A model generated the notes under the pieces. That model worked only from the letters and a program-made list of their open reading frames with translations. It ran no database searches and was not told the origin of the DNA. The translations under genes were made by a program, and so were the position numbers. A DNA stretch of 32,000 nucleotides from Horticoccus luteus. GTDB taxonomy: Bacteria; Verrucomicrobiota; Verrucomicrobiia; Opitutales; Opitutaceae. The stretch is from assembly GCF_019464535.1 (NCBI RefSeq), contig NZ_CP080507.1, positions 840,001 to 872,000 on the forward strand, written 5' to 3'. This document shows positions 1-7,767 of this stretch, piece by piece. How positions within the stretch are numbered: position 1 is the first letter of the stretch; every line of letters begins with the position of its first letter.

Positions 1-1
1 G

Positions 2-1700
2 GTGCGGGTGACGTCGGGCGAGGGTTGGACGTTCCGCAACCCGCAGCCGTCGTTTGCGCCGTATTACTCGGTGGCCTTTGGCGCGGGTCGTTACGTTGCC
101 GTGGGCGGGAGTGGCGTGATCGTCACCTCGACCGACGGCACCTCGTGGTCGGTCGCCGCGCATTTCTCGGATTTCATTCTCGATGTGGCGTATCACGGCA
201 CGCAGTTCGTCGCGGTCGGCAGTTACGGCAACGTCTTCACGTCCAATGACGGCCTGAGCTGGACGCCGCATTCCGCGGGGATTCCGCAGGAGTTGAACAG
301 CGTGATTTTCGCCGCCGGCAAATGGATTGCCACCGCCAGCAACGGCCAGGTGGTGACGTCGCCCGATGCGATCACGTGGACGGCGAGTTCCAGCCCGGTC
401 GGCTTTATCACCGGCCTCAGCGTGGGGCCGAACAATACCGCGATCGCGGTGGGCGACAAAAAATTTCTTACCAGTGCGGATGGTGTGACCTGGACGGCGA
501 CGTCGATTGCGAATGACGTTGATTTTGCCGACGTGGAATACGGCGCCGGGGTCTACCTCGCGAGCGGAGCGGATGCGATTTATCGCTCCACCGACGGTGT
601 CACTTGGGCGCCCACGACGATTGGCGAAACCACGACCGGCCTTTATTGGAACCGCCTGGTTTTCACGGGCAGCGGCTTCATCGTGGTCGGCGCGGAAGCG
701 CAAAGTTCCTCGCTGGGCTACATGATGACCTCGGTCGATGGTTTGGTGTGGACCGCGCGCACCGCGGAGCCGCTGCCGGGCCTGCAAGGCGTTACCAGCG
801 GCCCCAATGGGGTGGTGGCGGTCGGCGTATCCGGCGCGCTGCTGCAATCGACCGATAACGGCGTGACGTGGACGCGGCGTTACTCGGGCTTCACGTTTCC
901 GGGCAGCCTTTACAGCGTCGCGAACGGCACACCGGGAACCCTGGTGGTCGGCGACTACGGCAACGCGTGGCTCTCGACGACGCTCGGCGTCTGGAATCAG
1001 GTGGGTGGCAATACCGGCGAAAGCCTGCTCTCGGCCATTTATGCGGGCGGACGCTATGTCACGGTGGGCACCGGCGGGTATATTGCCCGTTCCACGTCGG
1101 CCGCGACAGGCACTTGGTCGGCCGCGACCACGGCGCCGGCGGTGAACTACCGCAGCGTGGCCTACGACACCGCGACTTCGACCTACACCGTCGTCGGTGA
1201 CAACGGCACCATCGCCACGTCGCCCGACGCCGCGGTGTGGACCACGCAGTCATCGAACTCCTCGCAATCGTTGCACGGCGTGGCAGCGGGTAATGGCGTG
1301 CGCGTCGCCGTCGGCACCGGTGGCACGATCCTCTATTCGACCAACGGGGGGGCGTGGACCAACGCCTCGTCGCCGGAATCGGGGCTGACCTACGAAGTCG
1401 TGGCGTTCGGGGGCGGCCGCTTCGTGGCGGCTGGTCGCTCGAACCACACCGTGATTATCACGTCAACCGATGGGGCGAACTGGCAGGAAGCCTACACGCC
1501 TTACACCGGGAGCATCCGCGGGCTGGCCTACGCCAACGGCAACTTTATCACCGTCGGCGGCACGTCGACGATTCTCACCTCGCCGGACGGCACGACTTGG
1601 ACGGCGGAGTCGTCGCAATATCCCTGGCTCCTGCGCGGTGTGACCGGCACTCCCTTCGGCTACGTGGTTGTGGGTGATTACGGTGCGATCGCGAGCAAGG
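2..1700 (+). repeat. Protein-level Asp-box (BNR-like) blade repeats, at least 11 clear copies (approximate bounds)
   Basis: The S/T-x-D-G-x-x-W motif recurs every 40-50 aa: TSTDGTSW, TSNDGLSW, TSPDAITW, TSADGVTW, RSTDGVTW, TSVDGLVW, QSTDNGVTW, TSPDAAVW, YSTNGGAW, TSTDGANW, TSPDGTTW. Each is preceded by a (F/Y)VAVG-type strand, which is typical of BNR/Ycf48-like beta-propellers. Confidence 0.8.
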
Positions 1701-4700
1701 CTTATCCGATCGCCCCAGTCATCACGACTCAGCCCACGGCGCAATCGGCCGATCAGGGTGGCAGCGTGACATTCTCGGTCGATGCGACCGGCCCCGCCAT
1801 TAGTTACCAGTGGTTCAGGAATGGCGCAGCCATCCCGGGCGCGACGTCGTCAACCTATACGATCGCGAGCGTCGGACTCGGCGACTATAATACCTATACG
1901 GTCAGGGCATCAAATACCTATGGCAGCGTAACCAGCACGGCGGCGACGTTGGCCCCGGCTTCGATCATCATCACCGACCAGCCGACGGCCCGCCGGGCGG
2001 TGGCCGGCGGTCCGGTGGATTTCCGCGTGGGCGCGATCGGCCCCGGCGATCTGAGTTTCCAATGGCGCAAGAACGGCGCCAATCTTGAGTCCGCCGGCGG
2101 TTCGGCGTTCTCGCTCAATCCCGTGACGGCGGCCGACGCTGGCAGCTATTCCGTGGTGGTCACGTCGACGTCGGGTTCGTCCACCGCGACGAGCCAGTCC
2201 GCGTCCCTCACGGTGCTGACGCCGGATGCGATGTTCTGGCAGCAATCGGTGCCGGGCAGCAACGATATCGCACCAGGCCGCACGGTGCACGACGGCCAGG
2301 GCGGCATCTACCTGCCTTGGACGATTTACAACAGCGGCCTTGATATGGTCGGCGGCAAATTCGCGGGACAACTCGCCCGCCTCCGCGAGAGCGACGGCAG
2401 TCTCGACACCGGTTTCAAACTCGACCGCCGTTTCCGTCGCGTGGCCTTTGCGGCGGTGCAGTCCGACGGCAAAATCGTGATCGCCGCGGATACCGGCGAC
2501 TCTTCGACGGTGATTCGGGTCGACGCGACGGGTGCGATCGATCCGACCTTCACGGCACCTTACTTCAACTACGGAATTCGGTTCCTGACCGTGGCGCCGG
2601 ACGGCAAGATTCTCGTCTCGGCGACGGATAACATGAGCAACGCCAATCCGCCCGGAGGCGTGCAGGCGCCGAATCCGGGGTTGTATCGTCTCAACGCCAG
2701 CGGTTCGCTCGATGATACCTTTACGCCCGCCTATATCACCAACGGCGGCATCGTGTTCTGGCCGCCGTTTGTGGACGCGCAAAACCGCGTGTATCTGACC
2801 GGCTCGTTCAACCAGATCAACGGCGTCCCGCGCTTCGGTATCGCGCGGTTCGACAGCACGGGCAAGTTGGATGGCACGCTCGGGAATCCGGCGAATTACC
2901 CGCAAAACTTCGGTTATGCCGCGATGCGCGCCTCTGCCTTGCAGAGCGACGGACGGCTCGTGGTGATCGGACAAAACCTGCGCTACACTGCCAAAGGCAC
3001 GACCAGCGATCCGGTTGTGGCGATCCGCTTCAACGCGGATGGCACCTTCGATTCCACGTTCGCGCAACCGCTGCGGAGCACCACCGGGTTCTCCGTCGCA
3101 CCGCGCGCGCTGGTCATGCTGGCCGGCGACAAATTCATGGTGATCGACAACCGCGCTCTGCGTTTCAACGCGGACGGCACCATCGATCCCACGTTCGACT
3201 CGCGCAGTTTCGATACTGAAGCGTTTTGGTTGTCCCGCGGCGCCGATGGCCGGTGGTATGTGCCGGCGATCAACGCCGTCAGCGGCGTCACGACGCAACT
3301 GTCGGTGGCGAACTCCGGCCTCGCGGCGTTTTCTGCCAATGGCACGCCGGATGAATCGTTCCAGACGGGCGGCTTCGGTCGCGCGATCTTCCCGACTTCC
3401 GCGCACGTGTTGAGCGATGGTCGCGTGTTGGTGGCGGGCAATTTCAACCGCTTCGGCAGCACGGCGCTGCCGGGCTTGGGATTGTTCGATGCGAATGGGC
3501 AACTCGCCGCGACGCAGCCGTCGCTCTCCCGGACTGGCGTGGTCGGGTTCTCGACGCTGCCATTTGCGGTCGTCGCCGACGCCGGCAGCGATCAGACTTA
3601 TGTCGTGACCGGTGATAACGCCGGTGACGGCGTCGCCCGGTTGGTGCGACTCACCGCCGACGGCGTGGCGGATGCCAGCTACTTGGCGCACGTTCCCGCC
3701 TCGGTGGCGCTCGGTTCGGCGGATATCATCGCGGCACCGAACGGCCGGTTGATTCTGGGCACGCGTTCCATCGATCCACAAGCTGCCTTGAACGGCGCGA
3801 CCGCCGCCGCGCTGGTCCGCTTGAATGCGGATGGTTCGGCCGACACTGGCTTCAATCCCGCGCTCCCGAACCTGGCGCGCGTCGATCGCGACGGCACCAA
3901 TCAAGTCTCGCACATCTACACCGGGGCGATGCACGTCACCCAAGTTCTACCGGATGGGAGATTGCTGGTCATCGTCAGCGGCATCGACGGCAGCGTCCGC
4001 CTGCAACGCCTGCTCGCCGATGGCTCGGTTGATGGCAGTTTCCAAACGCCGTCTTTCGGCGCGAACTTCGCGTCGTCCGGCTTCACGGGCTTTATCAACG
4101 ATCCGGTCGGGCAGGTGAACAACCAGTTCGCGCTGACCGCCTACGGCGACTCCAACCTCATCGCGACGGCACTCCAGACGGCGGATGGAAAAGTGTATGT
4201 GGGTGGCTCGTTCGCCCTCGCAGGCGCGCCGCGCGGCCTTGTGCGACTCAACGTCGACGGTTCCCTCGACACTACTTTCTCAGGTAGCGGCATCGCCAAC
4301 GCCGGCAATGTTGCGGCCTCGAGCTACATCAGCTCCCTGGTCGCTGACTCGAACGGACGCGTTTATGTCGCCGGCCGTTTCGATCACTTCAACGGCGTGG
4401 CCACCTCGACCGGCCTGATGCGCCTTGATGCAAGCGGTGCGCTGGATGCGACTTGGTCGCCGCCGGCGTCCGTCATCGATTATCCGGTGGCCGATGTCCG
4501 ATTGCAGTTGGTGGGAACGCGGTTGTATGCCTTCGGCACCGTGGCTTCGCCCGGCCAGGCTTACCCGGACACCTACCGGGTGTTGAGCATCGCGGATGCT
4601 CCGATGATCACTTCTCAGCCGGTCGCCCAAGTGGCGGTCGCTGGCGGTAGTGCTGTGTTTTCGATCAAGGTGACGGGCACTGCGCCGATTTTTTATCAAT

Positions 4701-7700
4701 GGCAGAAGAACGGACAGCCGATCGCGGGCGCCACTTCGGCTACGCTCACGTTGAGCAACGTGCAGTCTTCCGATGCGGGTGCATTCACCGTGGTCGTGAC
4801 GAACTCGACTGGCACGGTGACGAGTCAGTCGGCGACACTGACCGTCAATCCGATCGGGCCGATCATCTCCGCGCCGGCGAGTTTGTCGGCGGTGCAGGGC
4901 CGCACGTTCTCGTTCCAAATCAACGCCAACACGACGTCCGCGACGTATGGCGCGAGCGGGTTGCCGGCGGGGCTGACGGTGAACACCGCGACGGGCGCGA
5001 TCAGCGGCACGCCGACGACGACGGGCAGCTTCACGGTGACGTTGAGCGCCTCCAACGCGACCAGCAGCGACAGCAAACAGATCACGCTGACGGTCCAGCC
5101 GCCGGCGCCGGTCATCACGAGCCCCGGCGCGACCGGCGGCCGCGTGGGCAGCGCGTTCACCTACACGATTGTGGCGTCCAACGGCGCCACCACTTACAGC
5201 GCGCCGTATCTGCCGGACGGGCTCACGCTCAATACGGCGACGGGCGAGATCACGGGCACGCCGACGACCGCGGGGACTTACCTCGTCGTCATCACCGCGA
5301 GCAACGTGACCGGCTCCGCGACGACGCAGCTCCAGATCACCGTGGAATCCGCCGCCAACGCGCCGCTCTACGCGGGCGCCACGTCGTTCAGCGCGGTGCA
5401 AAACACCGGCTTCGCACTGGTGCCGGCGTTCACGAACAGCCCCACCGGTTTCGCGCTCGCGAAGCTCGCCGACGGCACCGATTCGGTGCTGCCGACGGGC
5501 CTCACGCTCAACGCCACCACCGGCGTGCTCACGGGCACGCCGACGCAGGTGGGCGTCTTCACGTTTGCGCTCCGCGCCACCAACGCCGGCGGCAGTTCGA
5601 CGGTCACGTTGACGCTTACGGTCAACCCCGCGCCGGCGGCGCCGAAGATCACCAGCGCGTCGAGCGCGATGGCGACGGTCGGCGTGGCGTTCAGCTTCCA
5701 ACTCACCGCGAGCGCCACGCCCGCCGCGACGAGCTTCACGCTCGTCTCCGGCACACTGCCCGCGGGCCTCACGCTCAACCCCGCGAGCGGCCTCATCTCC
5801 GGCACGCCGGGCGCACCGGCGCTCACGACCGTTTCGGTCGCGGCGACCAACACCGTGGGCACGGGTGCTGCGGCGCAACTGGTGTTCTCCGTGTCGCCTT
5901 CGCCGACGGCACCGGCGATCACGTCGGCGCTCGTGGCCACGGGCCAGGTCGGCACCGCGCTCAGTTATCAACTCACGGCGTCGAACACGCCCACGTCGTT
6001 CACCCTTGTGTCCGGCACGCTGCCGGCGGGTCTCGCGTTTGACGGGGCGACAGGCGCGATCTCGGGCACGCCCACGACCGTGGGCCAGCGCCGCGTTTAC
6101 TTCGCCGCGAGCAACGCCTCCGGCCGCGGCCTCGCGCTCGAAGTGCTCTTCAGCATCACCGCGGCGCCGACTGTGCCGGTGGTGACGAGCAACACGACCG
6201 CGGAAGGGCAGGTCGGCCAGGCGTTTCTCTATATTGTCACGGGCACAAACACGCCGATCAGCTACGGCGTGACGGGCACGCTGCCCGCCGGCCTCGTGGC
6301 CGAGGAAGGCGTGATCTACGGTGTGCCCGCGCAATCGGGCACGGCGATCCTCACGCTGACCGCGACCAACGCCGACGGCACCGGCGCGGCGAAGACGCTG
6401 ACGATCACGATCCGCCCCGCGCCCGCGACGCCGGTCATCACGAGCGCGCTCAACGCCTCGGGCCGCGTGGGCACGGCGTTTGCGTATCAAGCGACCGCGA
6501 CGGAGAACGCGACCTCGTTCGTCGCGCTCGGGCTGCCCGCGGGCCTCACGATGAACAGCGCCGGCCAGATCAGCGGCACGCCGACCGCGGCGGGCACGTT
6601 CGGCGTGACGCTCCGCGCCACGAACGCCGCGGGCGCGGGCACGCCAGCGATCCTCTCGCTCGCGATCAACGCCGCCGCGCAAGCGCCGAAGCTCACGAGC
6701 GCCGCCGCGCAGGCGGGCAAAGTGCGCGTGCCCTTCACGTATCAAGCGAGCGCCGCGCCCGGTCCGATCACGAGCTACGGGTTGACCGGCACGCTGCCGC
6801 TCGGCCTCGCGTTCAACACCTCCACCGGCCTGCTCTCCGGCACGCCCGCCGAGTCGGGGGTGTTTGTCGTGACGCTGACCGCGACGGCCGACGCCGGCAC
6901 GAGCCTCGGCCAGGACGTGGCGTTGTTCATCTCGCCCGCCGACGATGTGCCGGTGATCAACAGCTCCACGCGCGCCGACGGCACGGTGGACGCTGCGTTC
7001 AGCTTCACCGTCACCGCGACGAATCTGCCGGCCGCGCCGTTCCCGCCGTATGCGACGATCGACGCGATCGGGTTGCCCGACGGCCTCGCGATCAATCCCT
7101 CGACGGGCTTGATCCAAGGCACGCCGACGAGCGCGGGGACGTTCACCGTTTACCTCGCGGCGACCAACCTCAACGGCACCGGGCCGGTGCGCACGTTGAC
7201 CCTCGTGATCAAACCCTCGCCGTCGGCGCCGATCATCAACAGTTCGCCGCAAGCCGCCGCGCAAGCGGGCGTGGCGTTCAGTTACCAGATCGGCGCGCTC
7301 AACGGCGCGACGGCCTACGAAGTGATCGGGGCGCCCGCGTGGCTCGGCGTCAACGCGACGACCGGCGCGCTCACGGGCACGCCGACGCTGCCGGGCACGG
7401 TGACGGTGCAACTGCTCGCGAGCAACGCGACCGGCACCTCGAGTCCGCAGACGCTTACGCTGACGATCGCGCCGGCGGCGAACACACCGGTGATCACCAG
7501 CGGCCAGGCGGCCACGGGTGCGATCGGCGCGGCGTTCAGTTACCAGATTGCCGCGACGAATACGCCGACGAGTTACATCGCGACGGGACTGCCGGAAGGC
7601 CTGGTCTTCGATGGTGCGACTGGCCAGATCACGGGCACGCCGCAAGCCTCGGGCGAGTTCCGCGTGACGCTCACAGCCGTCAACGCCCAAGGCCCGGGCG

Positions 7701-7759
7701 CCGGCGTCACCCTTGTTCTCACCATTACGTCGAGCGTTGAGCTCAACGGCGGCAACTGA
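2..7759 (+). CDS. Giant secreted/cell-surface multi-repeat protein, 5' end cut by the window edge (Asp-box/BNR beta-propeller + Ig-like + delta-60 repeats + He_PIG 'putative Ig' repeats)
   Basis: A 7.7 kb ORF is open from base 2, so the GTG at 2 is probably not the true start. The stop is TGA at 7757-7759. Four recognisable repeat classes appear in the translation (see the repeat features). GC-rich third codon positions match the flanking genes. All overlapping ORFs are Arg/Gly/Pro-rich shadows. Confidence 0.92.
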   Translation: MRVTSGEGWTFRNPQPSFAPYYSVAFGAGRYVAVGGSGVIVTSTDGTSWSVAAHFSDFILDVAYHGTQFVAVGSYGNVFTSNDGLSWTPHSAGIPQELNSVIFAAGKWIATASNGQVVTSPDAITWTASSSPVGFITGLSVGPNNTAIAVGDKKFLTSADGVTWTATSIANDVDFADVEYGAGVYLASGADAIYRSTDGVTWAPTTIGETTTGLYWNRLVFTGSGFIVVGAEAQSSSLGYMMTSVDGLVWTARTAEPLPGLQGVTSGPNGVVAVGVSGALLQSTDNGVTWTRRYSGFTFPGSLYSVANGTPGTLVVGDYGNAWLSTTLGVWNQVGGNTGESLLSAIYAGGRYVTVGTGGYIARSTSAATGTWSAATTAPAVNYRSVAYDTATSTYTVVGDNGTIATSPDAAVWTTQSSNSSQSLHGVAAGNGVRVAVGTGGTILYSTNGGAWTNASSPESGLTYEVVAFGGGRFVAAGRSNHTVIITSTDGANWQEAYTPYTGSIRGLAYANGNFITVGGTSTILTSPDGTTWTAESSQYPWLLRGVTGTPFGYVVVGDYGAIASKAYPIAPVITTQPTAQSADQGGSVTFSVDATGPAISYQWFRNGAAIPGATSSTYTIASVGLGDYNTYTVRASNTYGSVTSTAATLAPASIIITDQPTARRAVAGGPVDFRVGAIGPGDLSFQWRKNGANLESAGGSAFSLNPVTAADAGSYSVVVTSTSGSSTATSQSASLTVLTPDAMFWQQSVPGSNDIAPGRTVHDGQGGIYLPWTIYNSGLDMVGGKFAGQLARLRESDGSLDTGFKLDRRFRRVAFAAVQSDGKIVIAADTGDSSTVIRVDATGAIDPTFTAPYFNYGIRFLTVAPDGKILVSATDNMSNANPPGGVQAPNPGLYRLNASGSLDDTFTPAYITNGGIVFWPPFVDAQNRVYLTGSFNQINGVPRFGIARFDSTGKLDGTLGNPANYPQNFGYAAMRASALQSDGRLVVIGQNLRYTAKGTTSDPVVAIRFNADGTFDSTFAQPLRSTTGFSVAPRALVMLAGDKFMVIDNRALRFNADGTIDPTFDSRSFDTEAFWLSRGADGRWYVPAINAVSGVTTQLSVANSGLAAFSANGTPDESFQTGGFGRAIFPTSAHVLSDGRVLVAGNFNRFGSTALPGLGLFDANGQLAATQPSLSRTGVVGFSTLPFAVVADAGSDQTYVVTGDNAGDGVARLVRLTADGVADASYLAHVPASVALGSADIIAAPNGRLILGTRSIDPQAALNGATAAALVRLNADGSADTGFNPALPNLARVDRDGTNQVSHIYTGAMHVTQVLPDGRLLVIVSGIDGSVRLQRLLADGSVDGSFQTPSFGANFASSGFTGFINDPVGQVNNQFALTAYGDSNLIATALQTADGKVYVGGSFALAGAPRGLVRLNVDGSLDTTFSGSGIANAGNVAASSYISSLVADSNGRVYVAGRFDHFNGVATSTGLMRLDASGALDATWSPPASVIDYPVADVRLQLVGTRLYAFGTVASPGQAYPDTYRVLSIADAPMITSQPVAQVAVAGGSAVFSIKVTGTAPIFYQWQKNGQPIAGATSATLTLSNVQSSDAGAFTVVVTNSTGTVTSQSATLTVNPIGPIISAPASLSAVQGRTFSFQINANTTSATYGASGLPAGLTVNTATGAISGTPTTTGSFTVTLSASNATSSDSKQITLTVQPPAPVITSPGATGGRVGSAFTYTIVASNGATTYSAPYLPDGLTLNTATGEITGTPTTAGTYLVVITASNVTGSATTQLQITVESAANAPLYAGATSFSAVQNTGFALVPAFTNSPTGFALAKLADGTDSVLPTGLTLNATTGVLTGTPTQVGVFTFALRATNAGGSSTVTLTLTVNPAPAAPKITSASSAMATVGVAFSFQLTASATPAATSFTLVSGTLPAGLTLNPASGLISGTPGAPALTTVSVAATNTVGTGAAAQLVFSVSPSPTAPAITSALVATGQVGTALSYQLTASNTPTSFTLVSGTLPAGLAFDGATGAISGTPTTVGQRRVYFAASNASGRGLALEVLFSITAAPTVPVVTSNTTAEGQVGQAFLYIVTGTNTPISYGVTGTLPAGLVAEEGVIYGVPAQSGTAILTLTATNADGTGAAKTLTITIRPAPATPVITSALNASGRVGTAFAYQATATENATSFVALGLPAGLTMNSAGQISGTPTAAGTFGVTLRATNAAGAGTPAILSLAINAAAQAPKLTSAAAQAGKVRVPFTYQASAAPGPITSYGLTGTLPLGLAFNTSTGLLSGTPAESGVFVVTLTATADAGTSLGQDVALFISPADDVPVINSSTRADGTVDAAFSFTVTATNLPAAPFPPYATIDAIGLPDGLAINPSTGLIQGTPTSAGTFTVYLAATNLNGTGPVRTLTLVIKPSPSAPIINSSPQAAAQAGVAFSYQIGALNGATAYEVIGAPAWLGVNATTGALTGTPTLPGTVTVQLLASNATGTSSPQTLTLTIAPAANTPVITSGQAATGAIGAAFSYQIAATNTPTSYIATGLPEGLVFDGATGQITGTPQASGEFRVTLTAVNAQGPGAGVTLVLTITSSVELNGGN
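1715..2220 (+). repeat. Two tandem Ig-like (I-set-like) domains (approximate bounds)
   Basis: 'PVITTQPTAQSADQGGSVTFSV...YQWFRNGAAIPGATSSTYTI...YTVRASNTYGSVTS' and 'IIITDQPTARRAVAGGPVDFRV...FQWRKNGANL...AGSYSVVVTSTSGSS'. This is the classic 'YQW-x-KNG ... AG-x-Y-x-V' bacterial Ig-like signature. A third copy lies at about 4598-4850 (APMITSQPVAQ...YQWQKNGQPIAGATSATLTL...AGAFTVVVTNSTGTVTS). Confidence 0.8.
2221..4597 (+). repeat. About 13 delta-60-type repeats (TIGR02608-like), protein level (approximate bounds)
   Basis: A 'DG-S/T-hydrophobic-D-x-(T/S)-F' motif recurs at roughly 55-65 aa spacing: DGSLDTGF, TGAIDPTF, SGSLDDTF, TGKLDGTL, DGTFDSTF, DGTIDPTF, NGTPDESF, DGVADASY, DGSADTGF, DGSVDGSF, DGSLDTTF, SGALDATW. 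Between copies are 'DG(K/R)(I/L)(L/V)V' strands. Confidence 0.75.
4853..7720 (+). repeat. Array of 11 He_PIG-type 'putative Ig' domains (PF05345-like), protein level (approximate bounds)
   Basis: Eleven copies of about 85-95 aa, each with the 'GLP-x-GL-x-(L/F/V)-N-x-x-TG-x-I-(S/T)-GTPT-x-x-G-x-(F/Y)-x-V' signature. Examples: GLPAGLTVNTATGAISGTPTTTGSFTV; LPDGLTLNTATGEITGTPTTAGTYLV; GLPEGLVFDGATGQITGTPQASGEFRV. Confidence 0.85.
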
Positions 7760-7767
7760 ATCCTCCC

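Noticed and set aside
1346-1352. G7 homopolymer inside the giant gene as a slipped-strand phase-variation switch
   Set aside because: The tract is short for phase variation and simply encodes Gly-Gly within an Asp-box blade (STNGGAW). Runs like this are expected by chance at this GC content.
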